Of a stretch of DNA of 64,000 nt, positions 23,799-32,792 are shown in pieces; the stretch's first letter is position 1, and each line of letters starts with the position of its first letter. This DNA is from a virus. Both the position numbers and the translations under genes were made by a program. The notes beneath the pieces were generated by a model, which did no database searches, was not told the DNA's origin, and saw nothing but the letters and a program-made list of their open reading frames with translations. The stretch lies in IMG/VR virus record IMGVR_UViG_3300037467_000284, positions 1-64,000 of that record; one strand, written 5' to 3'.

Positions 23799-24509
23799 AT
23801 GAACACTACCATCCCGGCATCGAACATCACGGCAGTGGGAGTTTTGAACGAAGCTCTCCACGTTCTTTGGGACGGCATCGACCAGAATGAATACTTTGAC
23901 GACACGAAAGAGAAGTTCGGTTGCCACACTATCACCCGTGGCTTCCTAAAGCTATCCGGTGAAGTGTACAACGCACATTCGGCAGTCTTCTGGAAGAAGT
24001 TCAATGCCGCAGAGCGGGAGCCTATCGTGCAAGAGTTGCATAAGGAAATCAGCAAGTACATTGGCTTCTTCGCACTGGCATCTACTTTCTTGGAACGCCA
24101 GCTTGGTAGATATCCATCCGACGAGGAAGCGCAAACTTTCCGTAAGAAGATGCTGGAGGATATTCTCGCTAAGTATGAAGCGAAGGCCACGGATACTACG
24201 GCTGTAGCGCTACTGAAGTCCGCACTTGAAAACCATCTCGCAGAGGATACGGATCACGAAGGCAAGACGGTGTACGCTTGCCATGCCGTTGCATGGGCTG
24301 CATGCGATCTGCTCGGAATCCGATTGTTTGAATTGCATCCCACCGTTCAGGTACTCAAGGACGACATCAAGCAGTACATCAAAGGCTATAAGAGCGTTGA
24401 AGACTACTTCGCAGCGGAGGGCATCAAAGAGGATACGTACGAGTTCCGTCAGCGTATGTTGAAAGAGCTTATTGAACGCTACCAAGCAAAGCTGGAGAGA
24501 GCCAACTAG
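23799..24509 (+). CDS. hypothetical protein with internal duplication
   Basis: ATG at 23799 after AAGGAG. The two halves both end in a ...TFRKKMLEDILAKYEAK / ...EFRQRMLKELIERYQAK motif. Confidence 0.6.
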   Translation: MNTTIPASNITAVGVLNEALHVLWDGIDQNEYFDDTKEKFGCHTITRGFLKLSGEVYNAHSAVFWKKFNAAEREPIVQELHKEISKYIGFFALASTFLERQLGRYPSDEEAQTFRKKMLEDILAKYEAKATDTTAVALLKSALENHLAEDTDHEGKTVYACHAVAWAACDLLGIRLFELHPTVQVLKDDIKQYIKGYKSVEDYFAAEGIKEDTYEFRQRMLKELIERYQAKLERAN

Positions 24510-24526
24510 GCACTAAGGAGAGAACA

Positions 24527-24820
24527 ATGGGTAAAAAGAACAATCCGGAACTGATTGAGGAAATTGAGCGCATCAAACGCCGGGTGGAAGCAGCAGGGAC
24601 GCGCTGGAACGAGTTCGTGTGCGTTGCTGCTGGGCGAGGTAAGTACGGCGACATGATCCGTAGAATGGTTCGTCGCCACATCGGCCAGCACAGTTCGATG
24701 GGCTGCTTCCTCAATGAACAGAGCGTGCGCGACCCGTGGAGCGCTCGTGTCAGCAACAAGTACCGTCTACTGATGCTGGATAATATGATCGACTGGGTAC
24801 GAAAGGGGAACTACCAGTGA
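24527..24820 (+). CDS. hypothetical protein
   Basis: 97 aa with an AAGGAG RBS. Confidence 0.6.
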   Translation: MGKKNNPELIEEIERIKRRVEAAGTRWNEFVCVAAGRGKYGDMIRRMVRRHIGQHSSMGCFLNEQSVRDPWSARVSNKYRLLMLDNMIDWVRKGNYQ

Positions 24821-26181
24821 ACAACCTGTACGAAATCATCAAGAGCCTGCAAGCGGCTCCGGGCAGCATTGCCAAGCAAGCCATTTTGGACGCCAACAAG
24901 GACAACGAGCTGTTCAAGGCGTACATGAAGGCTGTGTATGATGTCGGTATCAACTACTACCAAAAGAAGCTGCCGAAGGGCTGCGATGCTTTCGGCAGCA
25001 CGAAAGAGTTCGAACAACTCGACATCGACATGATGATGGAACTGGCTGAACGCAAGTACACAGGACACGAAGCCCTCGCACGACTGCATGGCCATGCGTC
25101 CGCAGTGAGCGGCGAGACGCGGGAACTACTTCAGTACATGCTGGACCGCAAGATCGGTGCGTCCGTGGGCGATACGATGGTGCTGAAGACATGGCCTGAC
25201 TTGTACTTTATACCACCGTACCAAAGGTGTAGTTTGCTGGACAAGAAGGCCCGTGAGCGCTTTGGCAAGCTGAAACGGTTCTATGTCCAAACCAAGGCAG
25301 ACGGCTCGTTTGCGTACGTTGTGAAGCGTCTGGATGGCACGGTCGATGTCATCACTCGACAGGGTAGCAAGTATCCGCAATGGTTTGCTGAATACATGGC
25401 CGAAGGTATGGAACCCGGCACGGTGCTTGTTGGCGAACTACTTGTGTCGGAGGCTGACGGCCAATGGAAACTGAAGGATTTGGAACGTAAAACTGCCAAT
25501 GGGCTTCTGAACAGCGCTTTGAAAGATGGAGACAAGTTTGATCTGAAGCGGTACACCGTTCGCATGGAAGCATGGGATTTGCTGACGCAGAAAGAGTTTG
25601 AAGCTGGTAAGTCCTCACGCAAGTACGAAGATCGTTTGGGATGGCTACAAAGCTACACTGCATCCAGCAATCGGCCTCGCGTGTACATGATCTATACGCG
25701 GGAAGTCGGCTCATTGGAACAGGCATTTGCTGTCTACCAAGAGCACTTGCAACGTGGATTGGAAGGCTGCATCATCAAAGACCCGGCCGCGCTGTGGAAG
25801 GATGGTACGTCCCGTGATATGGTTAAACTCAAAATCAAGTTCGAAGTGGAGATGCTTTGTACTGGTATATACGAAGGGACCGGAAAGTACGCTGGCATGA
25901 TGGGAGGGGGCTACTTCACTAGCAAGGACGGAGGCATCAAGAACGAAGCAGGCTCAGGGTTCACTGACAAGCAGCGAGAGGACTTCTGGAAAAACCCGGA
26001 ACTGATTGTTGACCAAGTGTGCGCTCTGGAAGCCAACGACATCACTCAATCGAAGGTGGAAGGTAGTATTCCGTCCCTATCGTTGCCAATCTTCTGTGAG
26101 GTACGGTACGATAAGAAAAGTAAAGGGGCAGACACAACTGAGCACATCTATGCACAGTTGGAAGCTGCGAAGGGAGGCTGA
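24817..26181 (+). CDS. ATP-dependent DNA ligase
   Basis: GTG start overlapping the upstream stop. It has the nucleotidyl-transferase KxDG motif (VQTKADGSFAYV). Size and position resemble a T7-like ligase. Confidence 0.8.
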   Translation: MNNLYEIIKSLQAAPGSIAKQAILDANKDNELFKAYMKAVYDVGINYYQKKLPKGCDAFGSTKEFEQLDIDMMMELAERKYTGHEALARLHGHASAVSGETRELLQYMLDRKIGASVGDTMVLKTWPDLYFIPPYQRCSLLDKKARERFGKLKRFYVQTKADGSFAYVVKRLDGTVDVITRQGSKYPQWFAEYMAEGMEPGTVLVGELLVSEADGQWKLKDLERKTANGLLNSALKDGDKFDLKRYTVRMEAWDLLTQKEFEAGKSSRKYEDRLGWLQSYTASSNRPRVYMIYTREVGSLEQAFAVYQEHLQRGLEGCIIKDPAALWKDGTSRDMVKLKIKFEVEMLCTGIYEGTGKYAGMMGGGYFTSKDGGIKNEAGSGFTDKQREDFWKNPELIVDQVCALEANDITQSKVEGSIPSLSLPIFCEVRYDKKSKGADTTEHIYAQLEAAKGG

Positions 26182-26759
26182 TGATAGTCGAAGATTTTAA
26201 GCACATCGGAAGGTGGGTTAAGTACAAGGGAACCTACCCTGACAAGGTTCAAACCCGTGCTGCGTCAACTTGGTACGGGATGAAGAAGCGGGTAAGGGAC
26301 GCTAAAAAGCGACCTACTTACGAGGGATGTACAATCTCTGCTGACTTCCTAGATTTTCAGATTTTCGCTGAGTGGTGTCAACACCAAGTAGGCTACGGTA
26401 ATGCGGGGTGGGAGTTAGACAAGGACTTGCTAGTACGAGGGAACAAGATGTACTCCCCTGCAACTTGCGTGTTCGTGCCGCCGGAGATTAACGTAGCTCT
26501 AACTAAGGCTGACAAGTCTCGCGGGAGTAGCCCTATCGGAGTGTCGTACAAAAAGTCTCACAGCAAGTACGTTGCACAAGTCGGTATCGGGGCGGTCCAG
26601 AAACATTTAGGGCTATTCGACACAGAGGATGAAGCATTCGCTGCGTACAAGGTAGCGAAAGAGCAATTCCTTCAAGAGCTTGCAGAGCAATATAAAGGGC
26701 AAATTGACGACCGTGCGTACTTAGCACTACTGCGTTACGAAGTCAGCCGTGAAGACTAA
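26181..26759 (+). CDS. AP2-domain DNA-binding protein, homing-endonuclease-like
   Basis: ATG overlaps the ligase stop. IGVSYKKSHSKYVAQV...HLGLFDTEDEAFAAYKVAKE is an AP2 domain. No HNH catalytic motif was recognised. Confidence 0.6.
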   Translation: MIVEDFKHIGRWVKYKGTYPDKVQTRAASTWYGMKKRVRDAKKRPTYEGCTISADFLDFQIFAEWCQHQVGYGNAGWELDKDLLVRGNKMYSPATCVFVPPEINVALTKADKSRGSSPIGVSYKKSHSKYVAQVGIGAVQKHLGLFDTEDEAFAAYKVAKEQFLQELAEQYKGQIDDRAYLALLRYEVSRED

Positions 26760-26762
26760 CGC

Positions 26763-26791
26763 TTGACAAACCAAGAAGTAGGGAGTAAGAT
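26763..26791 (+). promoter_or_regulatory. sigma70-type promoter
   Basis: TTGACA, 17 nt, TAAGAT. Confidence 0.6.
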
Positions 26792-26830
26792 ACTGCTTCC
26801 TACTAAATAACCAACAAGGAGAAGAACAAT

Positions 26831-27997
26831 ATGAGCAATCGCAAACTGGCATCGATTCGTCGCATCAAGCAACTGCTGCCCATCTCCGGGGCCGATAAAA
26901 TCGAACTGGCCTTGGTCGATGGCTGGCAAGTCGTCGTGAAGAAGGGTGAGTTCAAAGAAAATGAACTCGCTGTGTACTTCGAAATCGACAGCTTTATCCC
27001 GAACAGCATCGCTCCGTTCCTAACGAAAGAAGGTTATCCACCGAAGGAATTCAACGGTGTGAAGGGTGAGCGTCTGAAGACCGTCAAGCTGCGCAAAACA
27101 CTGTCGCAAGGTCTGCTGCTACCTGTGTCGAACTTCCCGTTCATGGCAGGAGAAATTGAAGATGGCGTAGTCTGCGAGGGCTACGACTTGACCGACGAAC
27201 TGCGCGTCCAGAAATGGGAAGCCCCGGAAGAGAAGGCTACCAACAACGGCCCAATGGCTTCCAAGACCCGTTCGTTCCCGTACTTCATCCGCAAGACGGA
27301 TCAGGAGCGAGCGCAGAACTATGGCAAGTTGATCGAACAGAACCTCGACACGGAATTCGAAGTGACCGTGAAAAAGGATGGTAGCTCGATCACTGTGTTC
27401 CGTGTGAACCCGGACAGCGAGTACTACGAGGATGCGAAACGTATGGTGCATGGTAAGCCGTCCCTGTGGCAGCGTATCAAGGCGTTCTTCCAGCGGAAGT
27501 ATGACGAGCCTGTGTACGGCATCTGCTCCCGTAACGTCCTGCTGCCATTCGAAGGCGAAAGCAACTTCCATAAGGCTGCTGCTAAGCTTCTGCCGCACAT
27601 GAAGGTGTACAACGAAGGCTCAGTTGCTATCCAAGCCGAACTGGTAGCCCCTGATATTCAGGGCAACTACGAGAAAGTAGATGGCGTTGAAGTACACATT
27701 TTCGATGTGTTCAACATCGATAAGCAGGAATACATGGTCCCGCGTGACCGTATCAACTTCCTTGGCGTGATGTTCTCGCCCGACAAGGTTCCGCACGCTA
27801 CCATAGTAGACCGTGGTACGCTGCGTAACATCCTTCAACTGAAGGACGGCGAAGATGCCGTAGCGAAGCTGCTAACGTACGCTTCGGGTGAGGGTGACAA
27901 TCCGGGCGTCATGCGTGAAGGTGTTGTCTTCAAGGCAATGGACAAGGACTTCTCGTTCAAGGTGGTATCGAACGAGTACTTGCTAAAGAAGGGCTGA
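26831..27997 (+). CDS. ATP-dependent RNA ligase (DRB0094/Rnl5-like family)
   Basis: N-terminal OB-like segment LASIRRIKQLLPISGADKIELALVDGWQVVVKKGEF and the KxDG motif (VTVKKDGSSITVF). The family assignment is from memory. Confidence 0.7.
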   Translation: MSNRKLASIRRIKQLLPISGADKIELALVDGWQVVVKKGEFKENELAVYFEIDSFIPNSIAPFLTKEGYPPKEFNGVKGERLKTVKLRKTLSQGLLLPVSNFPFMAGEIEDGVVCEGYDLTDELRVQKWEAPEEKATNNGPMASKTRSFPYFIRKTDQERAQNYGKLIEQNLDTEFEVTVKKDGSSITVFRVNPDSEYYEDAKRMVHGKPSLWQRIKAFFQRKYDEPVYGICSRNVLLPFEGESNFHKAAAKLLPHMKVYNEGSVAIQAELVAPDIQGNYEKVDGVEVHIFDVFNIDKQEYMVPRDRINFLGVMFSPDKVPHATIVDRGTLRNILQLKDGEDAVAKLLTYASGEGDNPGVMREGVVFKAMDKDFSFKVVSNEYLLKKG

Positions 27998-28461
27998 TGC
28001 TGCGCGTACTGCTCGCTATCTTGCTAGCTATCGTATGCTCGCCTCTTGCAAGTCCGCAGAAGGTGAGGTACACTTCTGATCCTAAACCGAAAGCATATCA
28101 GTGTTTAGCTTGGGTGGTGCATGACGAAAGCCGGGGAGAGCCGCTGAGGGGTAGCAGGGCAGTGTTGGATGCTGTCCTAAAGCGTATGAAGGACTCTGGG
28201 AAGGCTGCATGTGAGGTTATTGCAGAACCTTCTCAGTTTTCTGGGTTCTACCCGGAAGCTCCGTACGATGTTAGTAAGGAAGCGTTACAACGATTCGTAG
28301 CTGTTGCCAAGATGAAGCCAGTTACGGTAGAATGCAAATACTTCCATGCTGTGTACGTTCATCCGGCATGGGCAAACAAAATGACCAAGTGCTTTCAAGT
28401 TGGGAAGCACATCTTTTACAAGGAGAAGAAACATGCAAGCAGAAAACCTCGTCGCAGGTAA
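27997..28461 (+). CDS. SleB-like cell-wall hydrolase with signal peptide
   Basis: N-terminal hydrophobic leader. ...AWVVHDESRGEPLRGSRAVLDAVLKRM...PSQFSGF resembles the Hydrolase_2/SleB family. Confidence 0.6.
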   Translation: MLRVLLAILLAIVCSPLASPQKVRYTSDPKPKAYQCLAWVVHDESRGEPLRGSRAVLDAVLKRMKDSGKAACEVIAEPSQFSGFYPEAPYDVSKEALQRFVAVAKMKPVTVECKYFHAVYVHPAWANKMTKCFQVGKHIFYKEKKHASRKPRRR

Positions 28462-28789
28462 GCAGTACTGGTACGATGGCAAAGAAACCGATGGCATGGA
28501 CTGGCTATTGCCGAACTCCGTCGTCACTGTCCTCAGTCTGGACGGTTCGCAGACACCGCCTGCACGTGGTATCGCCCATCACGCGGGTGTCGGCGGGACT
28601 CGCTGTGCAGAAGGCGCAGTGATTGATGGCTTTGTGCGCGCGAAATGCCTGCATGAACTGCCGGTGGAAGCCCCGGCAGCGCCCGTTGATTACCACGTAA
28701 GCGTCAATCCGAACAGCACTACCATCGTCATCCAGAAGCGCCTGTCGATTGAGGAAGTGCAGGCTGTAATCAAGGCAGCGGGGGCTTGA
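28433..28789 (+). CDS. hypothetical protein
   Basis: ATG at 28433 after AAGGAG. It overlaps the 3' end of the previous gene. Confidence 0.55.
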   Translation: MQAENLVAGKQYWYDGKETDGMDWLLPNSVVTVLSLDGSQTPPARGIAHHAGVGGTRCAEGAVIDGFVRAKCLHELPVEAPAAPVDYHVSVNPNSTTIVIQKRLSIEEVQAVIKAAGA

Positions 28790-29112
28790 TGGGGCTCTCC
28801 GACAAGCTCCAAGGGATTCACTTCTTCCAGTTCTCAGAAGGTAGCTACTCTGACTACCAAGTAGGGGGAGCCTATGCCTGTGACCACGAAGTAAAGCAGG
28901 AAGAATGGGCTGCGCACTACGGAGCATTTGTGGCTACTCGTCAAGCCAAGCAGGAAGAGATGGTAACTGCCCGCTACGAGAATCTGGAGGTTTACCGTAT
29001 CCAGTGGAAGAAGTTTCGGGAGTGGTGCGAGGCTCAACCAAACCCGGAAACAACTTTTGTAGAGAAACATAACATGGTAGCTATCGAAGTTACCGAATGT
29101 TGGAGGGATTGA
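28786..29112 (+). CDS. hypothetical protein
   Basis: 108 aa with an ATGA overlap. Confidence 0.6.
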   Translation: MMGLSDKLQGIHFFQFSEGSYSDYQVGGAYACDHEVKQEEWAAHYGAFVATRQAKQEEMVTARYENLEVYRIQWKKFREWCEAQPNPETTFVEKHNMVAIEVTECWRD

Positions 29113-29114
29113 AA

Positions 29115-30221
29115 ATGGTAACAATCGAAGGTAAGTGCGGCATCAAGGCTACCATCCTCGCTGACAGCATCAGCAAAGCTGGCGTTCGGTTCCTTACGTA
29201 CGAAATTGAGTATCCTCGGCTGATTCTGGCCGAGCTAAATACTCACAAGATGCTGTCGAAGAACAGCTTCAGCAGCCGTGCCGTACCATTCGACAAGATG
29301 GTGCAGCAACTTTATGGCAAGCCTGTCCGCTTCGGCGCGAACCAAGGCGGTATGCAGGACAAGGGCGAAGACTACGACGCGAAGGTGCTCATTCCGGGCT
29401 ACCTGTACGTAGCGTTCTCTGAATACCTGTACCAGTACCATCCGGGGCCATCCATCGAAGATTTGATGGATGAAGGTAAGCTTGTCGTTGAAGCATCTAC
29501 TGCATGGGAGTTCCACAAATTCCTGAGCATTGGGCTCGCTGGTGCTATCAACGATGCGAAGTACCACAAGCAAGTGTACAACCGGCTGACGGAAGCACAC
29601 CAGATAATGAAGACGGTGCTGAGTGGTACGGAGGTAGAAAACTTCTTCTGGTTGCGTGACCACAAAGCTGCTGATCCTACGCTGGCCGAACTGGCTCGTG
29701 TAATGAACGAGGCACGTAAGGCTTCTACGCCTCAACTGTTGCAAGCCGGTGAGTGGCATTTGCCGTACGTGGACTGGATTCGTGATGTCAACGGGAAGCA
29801 GCAGTTCTACATCCGAGCCGAGGAACCGGCAACGATGGAAGGAATGGGCCTTGCTACGCCACTGACAATTGAGCAAGCAATCAAGGTTTCGTGTGCTCGC
29901 TGCGCTGCTGTCTCCTACCGTAACGAAGGCTACGGACTGGAAAAGAGCATCGAAGTGTACGACCGTCTGGTAGGGGACGACAGGAAGCACGCAAGCGCAT
30001 TCGAACATCAGGCTACGCCTGTCCGCGAGTGGGGCTACTATCCGCACTCCAACCCGGAATACAACAATAAGGTGCAGTACAACCATCCGTGGATTCCGTA
30101 CACTTGGGAAGAGGGCATCACCCACGTTGACCGTAAGGGCAAGCTGTGGAGCGGGAACCTTCGGGGCTGGAAGCAATACAGGAAACTCATTCCGGGGGAG
30201 AACTATACAGGTGAAAACTGA
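29115..30221 (+). CDS. ThyX-like flavin-dependent thymidylate synthase family protein (non-canonical motif)
   Basis: ATG at 29115 after GGAGGG. It has the ThyX-type layout, but the signature reads THK-x7-S (ELNTHKMLSKNSFSS) instead of RHR-x7-S. Confidence 0.6.
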   Translation: MVTIEGKCGIKATILADSISKAGVRFLTYEIEYPRLILAELNTHKMLSKNSFSSRAVPFDKMVQQLYGKPVRFGANQGGMQDKGEDYDAKVLIPGYLYVAFSEYLYQYHPGPSIEDLMDEGKLVVEASTAWEFHKFLSIGLAGAINDAKYHKQVYNRLTEAHQIMKTVLSGTEVENFFWLRDHKAADPTLAELARVMNEARKASTPQLLQAGEWHLPYVDWIRDVNGKQQFYIRAEEPATMEGMGLATPLTIEQAIKVSCARCAAVSYRNEGYGLEKSIEVYDRLVGDDRKHASAFEHQATPVREWGYYPHSNPEYNNKVQYNHPWIPYTWEEGITHVDRKGKLWSGNLRGWKQYRKLIPGENYTGEN

Positions 30222-30648
30222 TAACGAACTGGTAGCGATGGCGTTGGAGATGGCAGCAGAAGACAAGAACGCAATAATCATGTTCGTGTTGCCTACCTAC
30301 GCTGAAGCAAGGCACTTCTTGTCTCTGGCAAAGCAGAGTCCCGCTATAGGTGAAGGAGTGGTACAGCTACAATGTCTACAAGTGGATTTTCCTAGCGGTG
30401 GCCGTGTCTTGTTCCGAAGCCTATCGTTTGACAGTCGGAACGCTTGGGGAGGCTATCAGTATAGCCATGCGTTCGTGCCAAGACGTATCGGCAGCGAGTG
30501 CGAGGATGTAGTTAGATCGAAGTTGAGATACAGATACCCGGTATCCCGTGCTCCAATTGTGCCGAGCGGAATTTATCGGCCTTGGTACGTTGAGAGGAAT
30601 CACTACTACGGACAAGAAGGGAAGCATGGAAAACAAGTGGGATATTGA
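30211..30648 (+). CDS. hypothetical protein
   Basis: GTG at 30211 after GGGGGAG, or the ATG at 30238. It overlaps the ThyX-like stop and the primase start. Confidence 0.45.
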   Translation: MKTDNELVAMALEMAAEDKNAIIMFVLPTYAEARHFLSLAKQSPAIGEGVVQLQCLQVDFPSGGRVLFRSLSFDSRNAWGGYQYSHAFVPRRIGSECEDVVRSKLRYRYPVSRAPIVPSGIYRPWYVERNHYYGQEGKHGKQVGY

Positions 30649-32386
30649 CCTGAGCTACCCACACAACTGCCAGTGTCCTCGCTGTGCCCGTAACGGGAAA
30701 GACACGGCGAAGGACAACTTGCAAGTGTATGGGGAGGGTAAAGGTGCGTATTGCCACGCGTGCGAGTTCACTATCCTATCGGACGAAGAGAAGGAAGCGC
30801 GAGGCATTACGGACGACGACGAAGAGGAAGAAGTGAGCACAAAAGAACCTATCACAACTGAAGAAAATGAACAAATTAAGAGCTATACTGGTACAAAATC
30901 GAAGGGCTGGCGGGGAATCAAGGACGAGACTAATCGTGCCTACGGGGTTCGTTATTCCTACGACGAAGAAACCGGAGAACCGGACAAACAGTACGTACCA
31001 ACTACCCTCGGCTATGAACTGGTGGGATACAAAACCCGTGGATTCCCCAAGGATTTCTCCGAGCCTATCGGTGTAGTCGGAAAGGACTGCGATCTAATCG
31101 GCCAGTTCCGCTACAAGAATGGTGGGCGTGTTGTGCTCATCGTCGGCGGGGAAGTGGATATGCTCTCGGCTGAGCAGATGCTAGGAGAGTACCAAGAGTC
31201 GAAAGGCTACGACCGTGTTGCCGTTGTCACCCCATCGACAGGTGAGGGCGGTAGCGTCAAGCAGATTCAAGCCCAGTACGAATGGTTCAATAAGTTTGAC
31301 CGGATCATTATCGGACTGGACAACGATGATGCTGGCGAGAAGGCGATGCACAAGTATGCCAAGGTGCTACCTAAAGGGAAGGTGTACGTAGCCAAGTGGT
31401 CGAAGAAAGACCCGAATTTGATGCTGACTTCTGGCATGGAGAAGCAGTTTATCAACGACTACTTCAAGGCCAAGCCGTACACGCCTGACGGTATCGTGGG
31501 CTCCGGGTCGCTGGCTGACAAGATCAGGCAAGCTGCTGCTATGCTGAAGATTCCGCTGCCTCTGTTCATGCACAGGTTGCAGGATATGATGGCTGGCGGT
31601 ATTCCGCTGAAGGTCATTATCAATCTCGGCTCCGCATCCGGGACAGGTAAATCTACGATTGTCGATGAGTGTACGTACTTCTGGATTTTCAACAGTCCGT
31701 ACAAACCGGGTATCGTGACGCTGGAGAGCGATTCAGGGCAGTATGGTACGAAGCTACTGAGCAGGCACGTTGGGCGTAAGATCGACCTGATCCCTGCGGT
31801 GGAAGAGAAGTTGGCGTATCTTGATTCGGACTACGTACGGCAGAAGGAACACGAACTGTACTTCAAGGAAGACGGTACGGAACGCTTCTATCTTATCGAG
31901 GACCGCGACGGTGGCCTTGAGTCGATGAAGGCCAAGATCGAGGAACTGATCATCTCGTGCGGATGTCAACTCATCATTCTGGACCCGTTGCAGGACATTC
32001 TGGACGGCATGACGAACGAAGAGCAGGCAGTGTTCCTTAAATGGATGAAGGGCATGATCAAGTCGCACGACGTCACCTTCATCAACGTCAACCACGTTCG
32101 TAAGAGCGGTGGAGGTCAGAAGGCTAATAGTACAGGTGCAGACCTCTTCGAAGAGGATATGCAGGGCAGTTCGTCTATCTTCAAGTCCGGCGCATGTAAC
32201 CTGCTGTTTACTCGTAACAAGGAAGCTGAAGACGAAATCGAGCGCAACACGACTCGAATGAAGGCCAGTAAGATTCGTTGGACAGGTAAGACCGGCGTAG
32301 CAGGCGAGTACTACTACGATAACCCGACTCACACCATGTACGACAAGGAAGACTGGATGAGTAAAAATGGCGTCAAGGACTTTTGA
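30626..32386 (+). CDS. bifunctional primase-helicase (T7 gp4-like)
   Basis: Zn finger CQCPRC...CHAC, TOPRIM (LIVGGEVDMLS...IGLDNDDAGEKA) and a DnaB-like Walker A (GSASGTGKST). ATG at 30626. Confidence 0.85.
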   Translation: MENKWDIDLSYPHNCQCPRCARNGKDTAKDNLQVYGEGKGAYCHACEFTILSDEEKEARGITDDDEEEEVSTKEPITTEENEQIKSYTGTKSKGWRGIKDETNRAYGVRYSYDEETGEPDKQYVPTTLGYELVGYKTRGFPKDFSEPIGVVGKDCDLIGQFRYKNGGRVVLIVGGEVDMLSAEQMLGEYQESKGYDRVAVVTPSTGEGGSVKQIQAQYEWFNKFDRIIIGLDNDDAGEKAMHKYAKVLPKGKVYVAKWSKKDPNLMLTSGMEKQFINDYFKAKPYTPDGIVGSGSLADKIRQAAAMLKIPLPLFMHRLQDMMAGGIPLKVIINLGSASGTGKSTIVDECTYFWIFNSPYKPGIVTLESDSGQYGTKLLSRHVGRKIDLIPAVEEKLAYLDSDYVRQKEHELYFKEDGTERFYLIEDRDGGLESMKAKIEELIISCGCQLIILDPLQDILDGMTNEEQAVFLKWMKGMIKSHDVTFINVNHVRKSGGGQKANSTGADLFEEDMQGSSSIFKSGACNLLFTRNKEAEDEIERNTTRMKASKIRWTGKTGVAGEYYYDNPTHTMYDKEDWMSKNGVKDF

Positions 32387-32389
32387 CGC

Positions 32390-32418
32390 TTGACATTGGA
32401 ACGTACGTAGCTTACCCT
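32390..32418 (+). promoter_or_regulatory. sigma70-type promoter
   Basis: TTGACA, 17 nt, TACCCT. Confidence 0.55.
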
Positions 32419-32450
32419 ACGTACTTCCTAACCAACTAAAGGAGAAAACA

Positions 32451-32783
32451 ATGAGGAAATCTATGATCGTAGCAACCGCAGCACTGGCAGCAGCTATTGC
32501 AGCAACCGACGCTTCGGCTATCGCTGTCGCTGCACATGCCGTGGCTGTATCGGCTCATCCGGTGTCGGTAGCCCACGTAGCGCCTGCTGCTCATGTGGCA
32601 GCTCCCGCTGCGCATGTCACTATCGTTGAACCTGTCCGCGTTGCCCCTGCCCCTGTGGCAGTAAAGCCTGCTGTGGCTCCTGTACGACCTGTGATCGTCG
32701 CTCCTGTGCGTCCTGTCGTCGCAACGCCAGCCAGCAAGGTCTACTGCGAAAATCGCCCATACCGTTCGGACTGCAACAAATAA
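32451..32783 (+). CDS. secreted Ala/Val/Pro-rich low-complexity protein
   Basis: Signal-peptide-like N-terminus (MRKSMIVATAALAAAIAATDASA). The body is AHV/PVR-type repeats and the end is Cys-containing. AAGGAG RBS. Confidence 0.55.
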   Translation: MRKSMIVATAALAAAIAATDASAIAVAAHAVAVSAHPVSVAHVAPAAHVAAPAAHVTIVEPVRVAPAPVAVKPAVAPVRPVIVAPVRPVVATPASKVYCENRPYRSDCNK

Positions 32784-32792
32784 GGAGAAAAC

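Noticed and set aside
23381-24190. Minus-strand ORFs 23381-23566, 23556-23780 and 23669-24190 in the leader and promoter region
   Set aside because: They have no RBS. They overlap the divergent promoter region and the well-supported plus-strand gene 23799-24509.
29235-30281. 348-aa minus-strand ORF antisense to the ThyX-like gene. The same applies to 34504-35730, 37999-38880, 55291-56058, 56306-57403 and 39969-40781.
   Set aside because: These are shadow ORFs on the opposite strand of well-supported motif-bearing genes. They have no RBS, low-complexity Arg/Leu/Val-rich products, and would break the operon layout.
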